From Octopus bimaculoides (Eukaryota), in NCBI RefSeq assembly GCF_001194135.2, contig NC_069001.1, positions 4,920,108-4,984,107 of the forward strand: DNA of 64,000 nt. The letters run 5' to 3'. Positions 25,533 through 38,410 of the stretch are shown here, piece by piece (the first letter of the stretch is position 1; every line of letters begins with the position of its first letter). The notes beneath the pieces were generated by a model that worked only from the letters and a program-made list of their open reading frames with translations, searched no databases and was not told the origin of the DNA. The translations under genes and the position numbers were made by a program.

Positions 25533-26765
25533 TAATAATAATAATAATTATAATAATAATAATAATGATAATAATAATAATAATGATAATTTCAAATTTT
25601 TCCATAAGGGCAGCAATTTTAGGGGGAGGGTAAGTCGATTTCGTTGACCCCAGTGTTTCACTGGTACTTAACGTATCGACCTCGAAAGGATGAAAGGCAA
25701 AGTCAACCTTGGCGAAATTTGAACTCAGAACATAGTGACAAACAAAACACCACTAAGCATTTTGTCCAGCACGCTAACGTTTCTGCAAGTTCACCACCAT
25801 AATAATAATAATAATAATAATAATAAATGCCTGGATGCAGTACCAGGCAGTGGCTCTCATAGCTTCTCATCTTAACTGATTGGAAGTGTTATCATGTACA
25901 TTGTTATCATGTACGTCAGATTGATCTCCGATAAAAGTTTCTGGTGTGCAGAAATCTTTGGGGTTTGAATAATTCACCTCTGGAAGCATGGCTGTTTCGT
26001 TCATCATCCTTAAACAAGCCTTATTCAGGGACCTTTTGAATAGGATGAGCCACTCCAACTGAAGATAATTCTAATTGAGCCTCACCTGCAAGGTCATGCA
26101 CTATTTATCTTGATATAAGACCACCATGTCTCGCACATATGGTTGTGATGCATGTGCCTGGTGTACCCTTATCAGACGGGTAGTCATGATGGGTATACTG
26201 GGCTTCGTATATTTGTATCCTAGTGTCACTTTGATGGCATGCACTGCTGTCGCACTCAATAATAATAATAATAATGATGAAGATGATGATGATAATGGTT
26301 CCAAATTTTGGCACAAGTGCAACAATTTGGGGGCAGGAGGATGAGTTGGTTACATTGACCCTAGTATGCAACTGGTACTCACAAGGCTTTGGTTGGCCCG
26401 AGGCTATAGCAGAAGACACTTGCTCAAGGTGCCACGCAGTGGGACTGAACCCGGAACCATGTGGCTGGTAAGCAATCTACTTACCACACAGCCACTAATA
26501 ATAATAATAATAATAATAATAACAACAACAACGACATTGAAAAATACCTTAGGAATGAGAACCCAAGTTTGAAATTTCCCCAAGACACCTGATGAAGGCT
26601 GGAGGGTGTATCAGCCAAAACGTTGTGTTAACAAACAAGATGAGGACAAATATCCGTCAAATGTAAATAATGTAACTTCAACAATATGAACAACAGTGAT
26701 AACATCCTATATTCTATACCAATTGAATCCCATCAAATGCCATAATGTCACTGAGTGAAACAATG

Positions 26766-27024
26766 GGTAGTTTTTGGTTATCTTACCCCCCCCCCCCATT
26801 AAAAAATTGGGTTTATGACCCTATATTTTACGAGAAATATCGGTACTTTTTGTTATTTCCTTCAACGTCAACAATACATTGAAGTATTGAATCAGAAGGA
26901 TCTAACTCCTTTAATCCAATCTCTTTGTCCGCCATATAAACTCGATGTTTTTTTTTTTAGTGGGGAGGTAACCCAATTTTTTAATGGCAATTTTTTAATG
27001 GGGGTGAGATAACCAAAAAATACC
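26766..27024. mobile_element. Merlin-like MITE in intron 1 of the sialomucin gene
   Basis: TIRs ggtagtttttggttatcttacccc / ggggtgagataaccaaaaaatacc; flanks aaacaatg / aaacaaag (7 of 8 match). Confidence 0.65.
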
Positions 27025-27086
27025 AAACAAAGATAGACAACAACAGCAATGTTAACAATACCAACAATTCAAATAACGACAAATAC

Positions 27087-27189
27087 CTTTTGGGTCTACA
27101 GTTTTTGATACAACTTTGGTGTTTGCAACACATACCAAAGCAAGCGTGATGGCTGCCACAAAAATTAACATTCTAGACATTTTTTCCAT
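27087..27189 (-). CDS. CD164/porimin-like sialomucin, exon 1: signal peptide (MEKMSRMLIFVAAITLALVCVANTKVVSKTVDPK)
   Basis: aaacATGG start context, hydrophobic h-region ending VANT, phase-1 donor G|GTATTT, TATA box about 160 nt upstream of the ATG, A-rich 5' UTR. Linkage to downstream exons is inferred from phase. Confidence 0.75.
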
Positions 27190-27349
27190 GTTTGTTTTGT
27201 TGTTGTTGTTCTTGTTTCGTTAGCTCTTGTTTTGTTTTGTTTTGGTTTTTTTTTGCTGTTTTTTTCTTTGTTTTTGTTAAAAGTAAGTGGCACGCTTGCT
27301 AGTGGTGGCTCTTGATGGAAGTCTGCGCCAGAGCTAATTCTCGTACCGC

Positions 27350-27357
27350 TATTTATA
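27350..27357 (-). promoter_or_regulatory. TATA box (TATAAATA) upstream of the signal-peptide exon
   Basis: Minus strand cacTATAAATAgcgg, with an Inr-like CAGACTT about 33 nt downstream. Confidence 0.55.
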
Positions 27358-28519
27358 GTGATCATGAATGATCAACACCACCGCCACCACCACCATTGCC
27401 TTTGCCACCGTCACCACCACAGCTGTTGCTACTGCCACTACCACCACCACAGCTGCTGGTGCCACCACCACCTACTACTACTACTACTACCAGTGCTACC
27501 TCCTTGGGTCCACCCACCCACCCCCACCAATTAATTTACTTATTTGTTTATCTAGTTATTTTGTCAATCCTTACTGAGTGTCGATGATCAATCAATCAAT
27601 CAATCAATCACATTATCNNNNNNNNNNNNNNNNNNNNNNNNNNNNNNNNNNNNNNNNNNNNNNNNNNNGAACAATGTTTGTTTATTTCTTTATCTTACAT
27701 AATTTTTCTCTCTCTCTCTCTTCATTCTTTCACTTGTTTCAGCCATTGGGCCGTGGCCATGCTGGGGCACCACCATCACAGATTTCCCTTTACTTGTTTT
27801 AGGCCAGTTCCTTCTTGTATCAGTTTCGTTTCCTGAAACAGTCGCTAAGTTACAGACACTAACACACACGCACACACACACGCACACACACACACATACA
27901 CACACTCATTCACTCACACACACACACACACATTCTTTTATTCGTTTACTTGTTTCAGTCATTTGACTGCGGCCGAGCTGGAGCACCGCCTTAAAGGGTT
28001 TTCAGTCGAAGGAATTGACCACCAGGACTTATTCTTTGTAAGCCTACTACTTATTCAATCGGGTTCTTTTGCTGAACCGTTAAGTCACAGGGACATAAAC
28101 ACACCAAAATCGGTTGTCTAGCAATGGTGGAGGTACAAACACACACACCCATAAATAAATGTTTTTGTTACATGTTGTTATTGTTTTTGCTGAATAAAAT
28201 TTGTTGAAAAAATAGCCGCAATAATTATGCACCATCCCACTAGCATCATGTTAGTTACTGAAACGTGAGTTACGTTTAGAATTAAATATTTCAAAAATAT
28301 TTTCAAATTCGTCATTACTCTTTATTATTGTTATGCATTACACAATAATATGGATTTTAAAAATAATAATGAAACTTATTGTTGCGGCCTTGTTAGATTA
28401 CGATTAAACTTAATGCAGCTTCCCAACTTCAAGAGATTCTTCACCTCTGGGTAAGACAGTTCGACTGGAACTGGTAAGCTGGAGAGCTGCACCAGGTTCC
28501 AGTCTGATTTGGCATGGTC

Positions 28520-29003
28520 TCTACATTCTTGAGGTGGTCATGAAGCTCTGCAGTAATTTCGGAAGCTGTACTTTTGTGATCCTTTCTAACAATTTGTGTA
28601 AGAGTCCGACGGTCTCTAACTGAAAGTTTTGGTTTTGTTCCAGAGTTTTGTTTCGACGAGGAGGTTTTTCCCTCCTTCTCAAAGGCTGTCGTTACTGTCA
28701 TTCGAGACAGTACTTCTTGATACACCAAACATTTCGGCTGTTTTTTGTTACGCTAGCGCCTGCCATACGAGTACCAACAATTTGACCTCTTTGAAAGTCC
28801 GAAAGATCTGTCATTTTAATGAATTTTAATTACCTTTTTCTGATGATATCTGAAAAGAAACAGCAATTTTAGCAAAAACATATTAAGCAACACTAATAAT
28901 AAATCAAAAAACATAAAAACAAACAAGTTTTGACGGTTTTATAGATATTACAAAATTATGATGCTATGATGCTAAGTGTTTCCATTATTTTGGCCAACCA
29001 CTG
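28520..29003 (-). mobile_element. Tc1-like element 5' fragment
   Basis: TIR-like ta|cagtggttggccaaaataatggaaac; paired-type HTH remnant ..KQNSGTKPKLSVRDRRTLTQIVRKDHKSTASEITAEL; interrupted by a SINE. Confidence 0.85.
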
Positions 29004-29019
29004 TATGTATACAGAAGCC

Positions 29020-29520
29020 TGAAATTTGGGGGAGGGGGCCAGTCACAACTGGTACTTAATTTATCGACCCCGAAAGGATGAAAGGCAAAGTCAACCCAGT
29101 CGGAATTTAAACTCAGAAAGTAAAGACGGACGAAATGCCGCTAAACATTTTGCCCGGCATGCTAACGATTGTGCCAGCCCACCGCCTCGGCAATTATTAA
29201 TAATCATTTCTACTCTAGGCAAAAGGCCCGAAATTTTGGTGGATGGGACCAGTCGATTAGATCGACCCCAGTACGCAAGTGGTACTTAATTTATTCACTT
29301 CGAAAGGATGAAAGGCAAAGCCGACCTTGGCGGAATTTGAACTCAGAACGCAAGGACAGACGAAACACCGCTAAGCATTCTGCCAACTCACCGCCTTAAC
29401 AATTATTAATAATAATTTATACGAAAGCGGCGAGCTGGCAGAATCGGTAGCATGCCGAACGAAATGCTTAGCGGTATTTCGTCTGCCGCTACGTTCTGAG
29501 TTCAAATTTCGCCGACGTTG
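29020..29520. mobile_element. Cluster of the abundant SINE-like family (ggtacttaatttatcgaccc..gaaaggatgaaaggcaaagtcgacctcggcggaatttgaactcagaac); many further copies window-wide
   Basis: Same motif at about 40-250, 25600-25800, 31652-31800, 37800-38010, 38680-38860, 41530-41730, 42310-42520, 43090-43240, 47160-47320, 61800-61970. Confidence 0.9.
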
Positions 29521-30191
29521 ACTTTGCCTTAATTTTGGTTGTTAGCCATGTAAAAATAAGTTAATAATGAAATCAAATTGTGTATATTAATGAAGTATAA
29601 ATAATATACAAAAGATATTACTAACCGATTAGTGATAAGAAGCATATTTTCAAAAAATCGATTTTATTCTAAACGTTATGAATACTTATGAATATCGCTG
29701 TATATACATTGTTTTTGTATTTCGTTTGCAAGATTCTTGATGTGAAATTGTAAGTTGGAAACAAATCTTGTATCTTGTGAGGGTCATTATTACCAAAGGC
29801 AACACCAAGGTCTTTTCAACGATTAGCCAGATATGATTTCTCAAATGAGAATATCTGAAATAAAATTAATTGCTCTCACAAACGAGAATACTCTTTTACT
29901 TGTTACAGTCATTTGACTGCGGCCATGCTGGAGTACCGCCTTTAGTCGAGCAAATCGACCCCAGAACTTATTATTTGTAAGCCTAGTACTTATTCCCAAT
30001 GGCTTTTCTTTTTGCATTGGCACCTCCAATGAAGGAGTAGTCTCAACGATAACGGCGCGAAGCTATTATGATCGCTTGGACGTTGACTGGTGAAGAATTA
30101 GCTACGAATTTTCCGGGTGCTTGGTTTTGTCAAATTATCTGTGTTTTTGTTACATTTCCCGGTTCTTATGTTTTTTTAAAAAGATCCTTGG

Positions 30192-30243
<52 letters not shown>

Positions 30244-30348
30244 CATATANNNNNNNNNNNNNNNNNNNNNNNNNNNNNNNNNNNNNNNNNNNNNNNNNNN
30301 NNNNNNNNNNNNNNNNNNNNNNNNNNNNNNNNNNNNNNNNNNNNNNNN

Positions 30349-30431
<83 letters not shown>

Positions 30432-33400
30432 CGATTGGCATCCGTTAGTCTCGAAAGACTATGGATCTGCGTCTTGGATATATAACAAGGTATAATGATG
30501 AGTGTGTTGTTGCAGTATATATAGCCTATGTCATGATCTTACAGTAAAAGGAAGTTCAGTTTGACTCAGGGACAGACACACAGACAGACCGCTGTGACCT
30601 TCACAGTTTGAACATTATTGCCTTACTTTATCTTACTGCTGCTGCTTTTGTCGTCGACAATAACGTCTTTCAAATGTTCTTTCAGAATATAAAACTATTT
30701 TCTTTCTTTTTCCTTTCTTTCTTTTTTTCTTTCTTTCTTCCTTCCTTCCTTTCTTTCTTTCTTCCTTCCTTCCTTTCTTTATTTCTTCCTTCCTTTCTTT
30801 CTTTCTTTCTTTCTCACTTCTTCTCTTCCCTTCTCTTCTCTCCTCTTTCTCCTTATCTCTCTCACCTCTCTATCCCTCTCTCTCGGGTCTCACCTTCTCT
30901 CTCTTCCTCTCCCTCCAATCCTCTCTCCCTCTCTCTCTCTCTCCCTCTCTCTCCGTCTCTCTCTCTCCACCCCATCAGGTCTTTAGAAACAATTTCCAGA
31001 CACTTCCAAACACCATTAATCGATTATTTTTTTTCAAACACGATTATTGATCAGATCAGATCAATAACAATCAATACTAACATTAATGATATTAACCACG
31101 ATGATGCTGGAGGTGGTGGTGGTGGTGATGACGATGATGACGATGACGATAATGATGACAGTGGTAATGATTAACAACAAATAAATAATCAATCTGAGTA
31201 CCATCACCTTCACCGCCATCGCTACCAGCATTCTCTCCACCACCACCACTACCNNNNNNNNNNNNNNNNNNNNNNNNNNNNNNNNNNNNNNNNNNNNNNN
31301 NNNNNNNNNNNNNNNNNNNNNNNNNNNNNNNNNNNNNNNNNNNNNNNNNNNNNNNNNNNNNNNNNNNNNNNNNNNNNNNNNNNNNNNNNNNNNNNNNNNN
31401 NNNNNNNNNNNNNNNNNNNNNNNNNNNNNNNNNNNNNNNNNNNNNNNNNNNNNNNNNNNNNNNNNNNNNNNNNNNNNNNNNNNNNNNNNNNNNNNNNNNN
31501 NNNNNNNNNNNNNNNNNNNNNNNNNNNNNNNNNNNNNNNNNNNNNNNNNNNNNNNNNNNNNNNNNNNNNNNNNNNNNNNNNNNNNNNNNNNNNNNNNNNN
31601 NNNNNNNNNNNNNNNNNNNNNNNNNNNNNNNNNNNNNNNNNNNNNNNNNNNACGTTAGCGCGCCGGGCGAAATGCTTAGCGGTATTTCGTCTGCTGTTAC
31701 GTTCTGAGTTCAAATTCCGCCGAGGTCGACTTTGCCTTTCATCTTTTCGGGTCCGATAAATTAAGTACCAGTTATGAACTGGGGTCGATATAATCGACTT
31801 AATCCGTTTGTCTGTCCTTGTTTGTCCCCTCTGTGTGTAGCCCCTTGTGGGCAATAAAGAAATAGGAAACTGAAAGAAGCCTGTCGTATGCTTTTATATA
31901 TGTATATATCTATGTGTGCGTTTTTGTGTCTGTGTTCGTCCCTCTATCATCGCTTGACAATCGGTTTTGGTATGTTTGCGACCCCGTAACCAAGCGGTTC
32001 GGCAAAAGAAAAACGATGGAATAAGTACTAGGCTTACAAAGTCCTGGAGTCGATTTGTTCGACTAATACCTTTCACGGCAGTGCTCCAGCATGGTCGCAG
32101 TCAAATGACTGAAGCAAGTAAAAGAATAAAAGAATATGTACATATACATATATTATTGTGTCTGGGGAGAGTCATTCCCCCAGACACATGCGCACAAACA
32201 AACAAAAAGAACCAATCTCTGATAACGGACAGAGTCAACGACTCTTGAAAAGGTTGCAGGACGCAACGAAAATTTTAGAAAAAATAAATAAGCGCAGGAA
32301 TGACTGTGTGGTAAGTAGCTTGCTTACCAACCACATAGTTTCCGTCTACTAAATTCAGTTACAAGGCATTGGTCGAATCAGGGCTTTAGAAGAAGACACT
32401 GGTCTGCGTTGTGGGACTGAACTCGAAACCTCATGATTGCAAAACAAACTCCTTAACCATACAGCCATGCCTACGCCATTATATTTACATAAATTACATC
32501 ACAACTTAGTGAAAAATAACTTTGACAACCTTTTACTTTTGTTTCAATTGAAATATTCCGATATATTCCACATAAAATTTAGTTCGGTCATTACAGCTTT
32601 TGTCTTGGCTGTTTAACTCTTTATTTCTTTTATAAATCAATCTAATATCGAGAAATCATAGCTTCAAAGAAGTTGAAAGAAATTCAATAGCATGGTTTTT
32701 GATATAAAATGTAATCCACTTGGTTAATGGCTTAATGGTTTCTCATGTTCTCTTAACGTAAAAAAAAACTGGTTTTGTGCACTGGTAACCAGTTATTGAA
32801 AGGGAGATAATCATCTCCAGATAAATTTTGCCGCGATTAGAAGTTTGTATTTCAAATCAAAAAACAAGGAAGAAGATGCACAGAATAAATGTTCAATTTT
32901 TTTGCTTACTCATTACAAAGATCTTAAAATGTCTAGTTAAAGGTATTTATGTATAGTATTATTTCATTCTTTTTAGAAATCATCAGCATAACATAACCTA
33001 CGAATTTATTAAGTAAACGTTTTACGAAGTGATACATTTCTTACAGTATCGTGGTCTGTCGGTTGTCGGCTGGTCTTGTCTAGTGGTGACTGGTTGAGTA
33101 AATGAATGAAAATATGTTTCTTGGGCTGCGTGAAGAAGTAACTGAACAACAAAATACATTCAAATAGATAACTTTACTCAAACATCATTTTGTTTCACTG
33201 CATGGCACCTTGGGCAATTTCTTTTACTGAAGTCCCAGCAGATGACTGAAACGAGTAAAGATACATATTCTTTTATTCTTTTACTTGTTTCAGTTGACTG
33301 TGGCCATGCTGGAGCACTGCCTTAAAGGGGTTTTAATCGAAAAAAATCGACCTCAGCACGTTTTTAAAGCCTAATACTTACTCTGTTAGTCACGGGGATG

Positions 33401-34218
33401 TAAACACACCAACACCAGTTGTCAAGTGGTGACGAGAAGGACAAATAGACAGAAAGACACACACACATGCAAGTACCCATGAATTTATTTAGAACAATTC
33501 CGATCACAACTATTACAACCACAACAGGTCACTTGACCATTTCACCAACATCCTACTGCTGTCATATCACTCCTGTATCTTTCTCTTCTTTGCTGCCTCC
33601 TCCCTCGGCTACTGCTGCTTAAACAATCAAAGCCAAGAACTCACGTCCCTCATATCAAATATTCTTTTAGATCTGCTACTACCTATTACCGAAACTTCAC
33701 AAGAGTAAAAGAGAGAGAGAGAGAGACAGAAAAAAGGAAAATGTCCCTTGTATTGGAAAACTATCGAAATATTTTTTAAAAAGATTTCATTTAATTTTTC
33801 CACAATATAATTGTTTTTTCTTATTTTATTCTAAGTTGAAAAAGTCGCAAAAACTGAAACCGGTACTAAAATGTTCTTCATGGTAAAATTATTTTAGCAT
33901 TTTCTACCTTGTCTTATTTTCCTTATAAATACCAACTTGTGTGTTACTTTTCAACCTTCTACACACAAATGTATATATATATATATTATTTAAAAGAGTT
34001 CCAACTCTGTCTGTTTTTTATGTTTTATTTATATTCTTATAAAATTAATGTGGGATATAGAATATGGAATATATAATATAAATAGTAAAATGAAATGAAG
34101 TATTAAATGTCTTATTGAATATATGAAATATTAAGTATTAAATATAGAGTATTAGATATATAAGGACTAGTATACTTTCCTGCCTCATGGCATTCATCAA
34201 GGTCCCGCCTGACAGATG

Positions 34219-34249
<31 letters not shown>

Positions 34250-34467
34250 CAGTAATCCCACCACTATCACAGGTGTTGCGTTCCAAAGCCCCTTGCGATA
34301 GGTGAAAATCCGTGAAGTAGAAACAGTAGCGTATATATTTTAAAATTATTTTTGTAATTTGTACATATTTATTTTATCATAAATGCAAAACAGCATTACA
34401 GAGGAATTGACGTAAGCTTAAATAACAAACCGCGATAGGTGAACCGCGATATGGCGAGAGATTACTG
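34250..34467. mobile_element. Tigger/pogo-like MITE
   Basis: ta|cagtaatccc ... gagattactg|ta termini. Confidence 0.75.
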
Positions 34468-34536
34468 TATATATAAAAATGAAAAGCAAAATCGACCATT
34501 TTGCCTGGCATATTAATAATTCTGGCAACCCATCAC

Positions 34537-34578
<42 letters not shown>

Positions 34579-34851
34579 CCTTTCTATTATAGGAACAAAG
34601 CCTGGAATTTTGTGGACGAGGCTAGTCAATTACATTGCCCTGAGTGTTCAACCGCTTCTTATTTTGTTGCAGCCTTTCTCACTCTATTTTGTCTTTTTTT
34701 TTTCCTCTCCCACAGACATCAGTGTTTTCGGTTTCATGGTTTCTCACCTGTTGGCATCTTCAGATGCAAAACCTCGTTGTCCCTTGACACTTCTGGCTGA
34801 GACTTGAGCTGTAATTTGGATAAATTCAAGCAAAACCAAAGCACATAACAC

Positions 34852-34885
<34 letters not shown>

Positions 34886-35953
34886 CAACAATATTTGCAC
34901 CAATTTTGTTTTTATTAAACCAGTTTATAATAATAATAATGAAAATAATAATAATAATAATAATAATAAGGATGAGGATGGTGATGATGACAAAAAATAA
35001 TTATGAGGATGATATTTCACATTGGCACATGGCCACAAACTTGTATGGAGCAACAGGGAAGGGTGCAACCAAATGAAACAACACCCTGTACATGGATGGT
35101 ACTTATTTTATTGACTCCAGGAAGGAGAGATGAAAGGGAAAGTTAGCCTAGTAGAAATTGAACTCATAACATTGAAATCTGAAATTAAATTACTGACAGC
35201 TCTTTAGTTTGGTTAGTCTATTCTTCTTCAATAATTTTGATTTTGTAATGAAGGCCCAAAGCCTGAAATTTAGGGCTAGGATAGGACCAAATAATACTTA
35301 CTTTCATTCTATTGACCCATGAGGGATAAGTCAGTCTTGGTGGGATGTAAACCCAGAAACTTAAAAGAGAAGTAATTAAATACCACAAGGCATTTATATC
35401 TGTTGCTCTACTGATTCTGGCTAATCACAGAGCCTTAATAGCATAGAGAGACTTACTAACATAGGTGCATGGTCAGACATTTTGTGGCAGAAATTATGGC
35501 CAATTATATTGGCCCCCACAAGTACTTGCAACATTATTTTATCAGCCTCCAGATGAATGAAAAATAAATTTAATATAGGTAACATTTGAACAAAAACCTG
35601 GACATAATGTCCTTAAAAGCTGATTATACTACTTGAGGTTGCTGTTCTTTTGAAGGCCCACAAGTAACAAAAACCATTTCACTGGTAAAACGCAGGTAAT
35701 TTGAACAAGAAATGGGTAGTGTGTTGGATTAGGTCCAGTACAGTACAAGGTGATGGATGCTAAATGTATTGATTCCCTTTCCTCACTCCTGGAGATTGAA
35801 GGACAAAGTCTGGCCCTGGCACAATCTGAACTCTGAAGGTCGGAGGGTTTCAGCCAATTTGACATGTTTATTATTATTAATAATGATGAAGATGATGATA
35901 ATGATAATGACAATTACAATTACAACATTGATAATAATAATAATAATAATGAC

Positions 35954-36004
<51 letters not shown>

Positions 36005-36639
36005 AATGACAGTGGTTTAATCTTAATAAGGATTTTTTTTTGAATAATAGAAAAAAAAAATAATAGTTCATATATACAGATATTGAGAGAAAAATTACAA
36101 CATAATTATTTTAAATATAAGCGAGGTGAGGTAGAGGTGGCAGTGTTGGTGAGGGAGACAATCCTCTCTGTGGCCACCACCACCACCACCACCAACAACA
36201 ACAANNNNNNNNNNNNNNNNNNNNNNNNNNNNNNNNNNNNNNNNNNNNNNNNNNNNNNNNNNNNNNNNNNNNNNNNNNNNNNNNNNNNNNNNNNNNNNNN
36301 NNNNNNNNNNNNNNNNNNNNNNNNNNNNNNNNNNNNNNNNNNNNNNNNNNNNNNNNNNNNNNNNNNNNNNNNNNNNNNNNNNNNNNNNNNNNNNNNNNNN
36401 NNNNNNNNNNNNNNNNNNNNNNNNNNNNNNNNNNNNNNNNNNTCTTAGGATATCTTAACACAAGTGCAAAGGTGACATTTCTTTAGGAGGATGGGAAAAA
36501 TAAAAGGTGTGATGTTGAGACGTTGATGCATTGACCAAGGACATTAATGACAAGAAAATAACTTCAACATTTCTATAAAAAAGGGGCTGGGAACCCAAAC
36601 ATCATTATCCTCTCTCTCAGGTCAAAACATAATATATAT

Positions 36640-37050
36640 ATTCTTTTATTCTTTTACTTGTTTCAGTCATTTGACTGTGGCCATGCTGGAGCACCACCTT
36701 GAAGGGTTTTAGTTGAACAAATCAACCCCAGGACTTATTTCTTCAGCCCAGAACTTATCCTTTTGGTCTTTTTTGATGAACCACTAAGTTATGGGGGATA
36801 TAAACACACCAACATTGGTTGTCAAGCGGTGAGCAGGGAACAAAAACAGACACACAGATATATAAATATATATATACATATATATATACGATGGGCTTCT
36901 TTCAGTTTCCATCGACCAAATCCACTCACAAAGGCTTCAGTCTGCCCGAAGCTATAATAGAAGACACTTGCCCAAGGTGCCACGCAGTGGGACTGAACCC
37001 GGAACCATGTGGTTGGGAAGCAAGTTTCTTACCACACAGCTACATCTGCA
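36640..37050. mobile_element. Representative of the tRNA-SINE families (cagtcatttgactg..gccatgctggagca; ttgcccaaggtgcca..gggactgaacc); many copies
   Basis: Copies at about 4390-4650, 16790-17170, 17865-18030, 27935-28150, 31870-32120, 45830-46250, 46740-47120, 50660-51030, 62830-62990. Confidence 0.9.
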
Positions 37051-37302
37051 CCTATATACATACATACATACATACATATACATATATGTGTGTGTGTGAT
37101 GCTTTTCTTTGTTGCTTTTGGTCACAAATAAAGAGTTGTGGGTTCAAGTCCCATGCATATGGGAAAACCTACTTTTTTCTGCCGAGGGCTTATATGCCCC
37201 ATTATTAGACTATTTTCTCTAGTCGTTGCGTGGTGATTGCTTATAAGCTTTAAGCTTACAAAAATACTATTATTATTATTTACAGAATAAATACATACAT
37301 AC

Positions 37303-37348
<46 letters not shown>

Positions 37349-38161
37349 CCCTATGTTTGTTTATGGGAACCATGAGTAAAAATCTTGAGAAGTACATGCA
37401 ACAAATAGGGGCTGCAATAAAGGTGGAGCACTTGCAGAAAACAGCACTGCTTGGAACTGCTTGAATACTCCGGAAGGTACTCGAAAAATAAGACGTTTTA
37501 CCTTAGTTCACTGGTAGTGAACAGCTGACACCGTAGTACATCTCCAACGTTAGAAGCTGTGCAAAGACAATAATAATAATAATCCTTTCTGTTATAGCAA
37601 AAAGCCTGATATATTGAGTGGAAGGGATTAATCGATAATATTGCCTGGTACTTATTTCGTCAATCCCAAAACAATGAAAAGTGAAGTCCACCTCAGTGGG
37701 ATTTGAACTCAGAATATAAAGACAGATGAAATGCTGTAAGCATGTTTTGTCCAGCATGATAAGGCTTGCCCTATTAATAATAAAAATAAAACTAATGGTA
37801 ATAGTAATGGTTTCAAATTTTGGCACAAGTCCAGCAGGTTTGGGGAAGTGGCTAAGTCGATTAAATTGACCCCTGTCCCTAACTGGTGCTACTTTTATTG
37901 ACCCTGAAAAGGATGAAAGGCAAAGGGGACTCCAGCAGAGTTTGAACTCAAAACGTATGCATGGACGAAATGCTGTTAAGCATTTCAACCGGTGAGCTAA
38001 CGATTCTGCCAGCTTGCAATAGCAATAACAACAATAACAACAGTTCTATATTTAAGAGATGAGGAATTATTTACATTATTTACATTTGATGGATATTTGT
38101 CCTCATCTTGTTTGTTGTTAACACAAAATTTCGGCTGATATACCCACCAGCCTTCATCAGG

Positions 38162-38410
38162 CATATAGCGTAGTGGTTAAGAGCATGGGCTACTAACCCC
38201 AAGATTCCGAGTTTGATTCCAGGCAGTGACCTGAATAAAAATAATAATAATAATAATAATAATAACATTGAAAAATACCTTAGGAATGAGAACGCAGGTT
38301 CGAAATTTCCCCAAGACACCTCATGAAAGCTGGAGGGTAAATCAGCCGGAATGTGTTAACAACAAACAAGATGAGGACAAATATCTGTCAAATGTAAATA
38401 ATGTAAATAA
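38162..38410 (+). mobile_element. tRNA-derived SINE with hammerhead-like tail
   Basis: A box TAGCGTAGTGG, B box GAGTTTGATTCC, (AAT)n, then ...gacacctcatgaaagctgg...cagcc...; tail copies at 26545-26675, 38045-38161 (-), 38455-38540 (-), 38541-38600 (+). Confidence 0.7.

Noticed and set aside
30608-31174. 188-aa hydrophobic ORF
   Set aside because: Translation of (TTCC)n/(CT)n and trinucleotide tracts.
38162-38235. tRNA gene
   Set aside because: Has A/B boxes but no complete cloverleaf or T-run terminator; continues into a repeat tail, so it is a SINE head.
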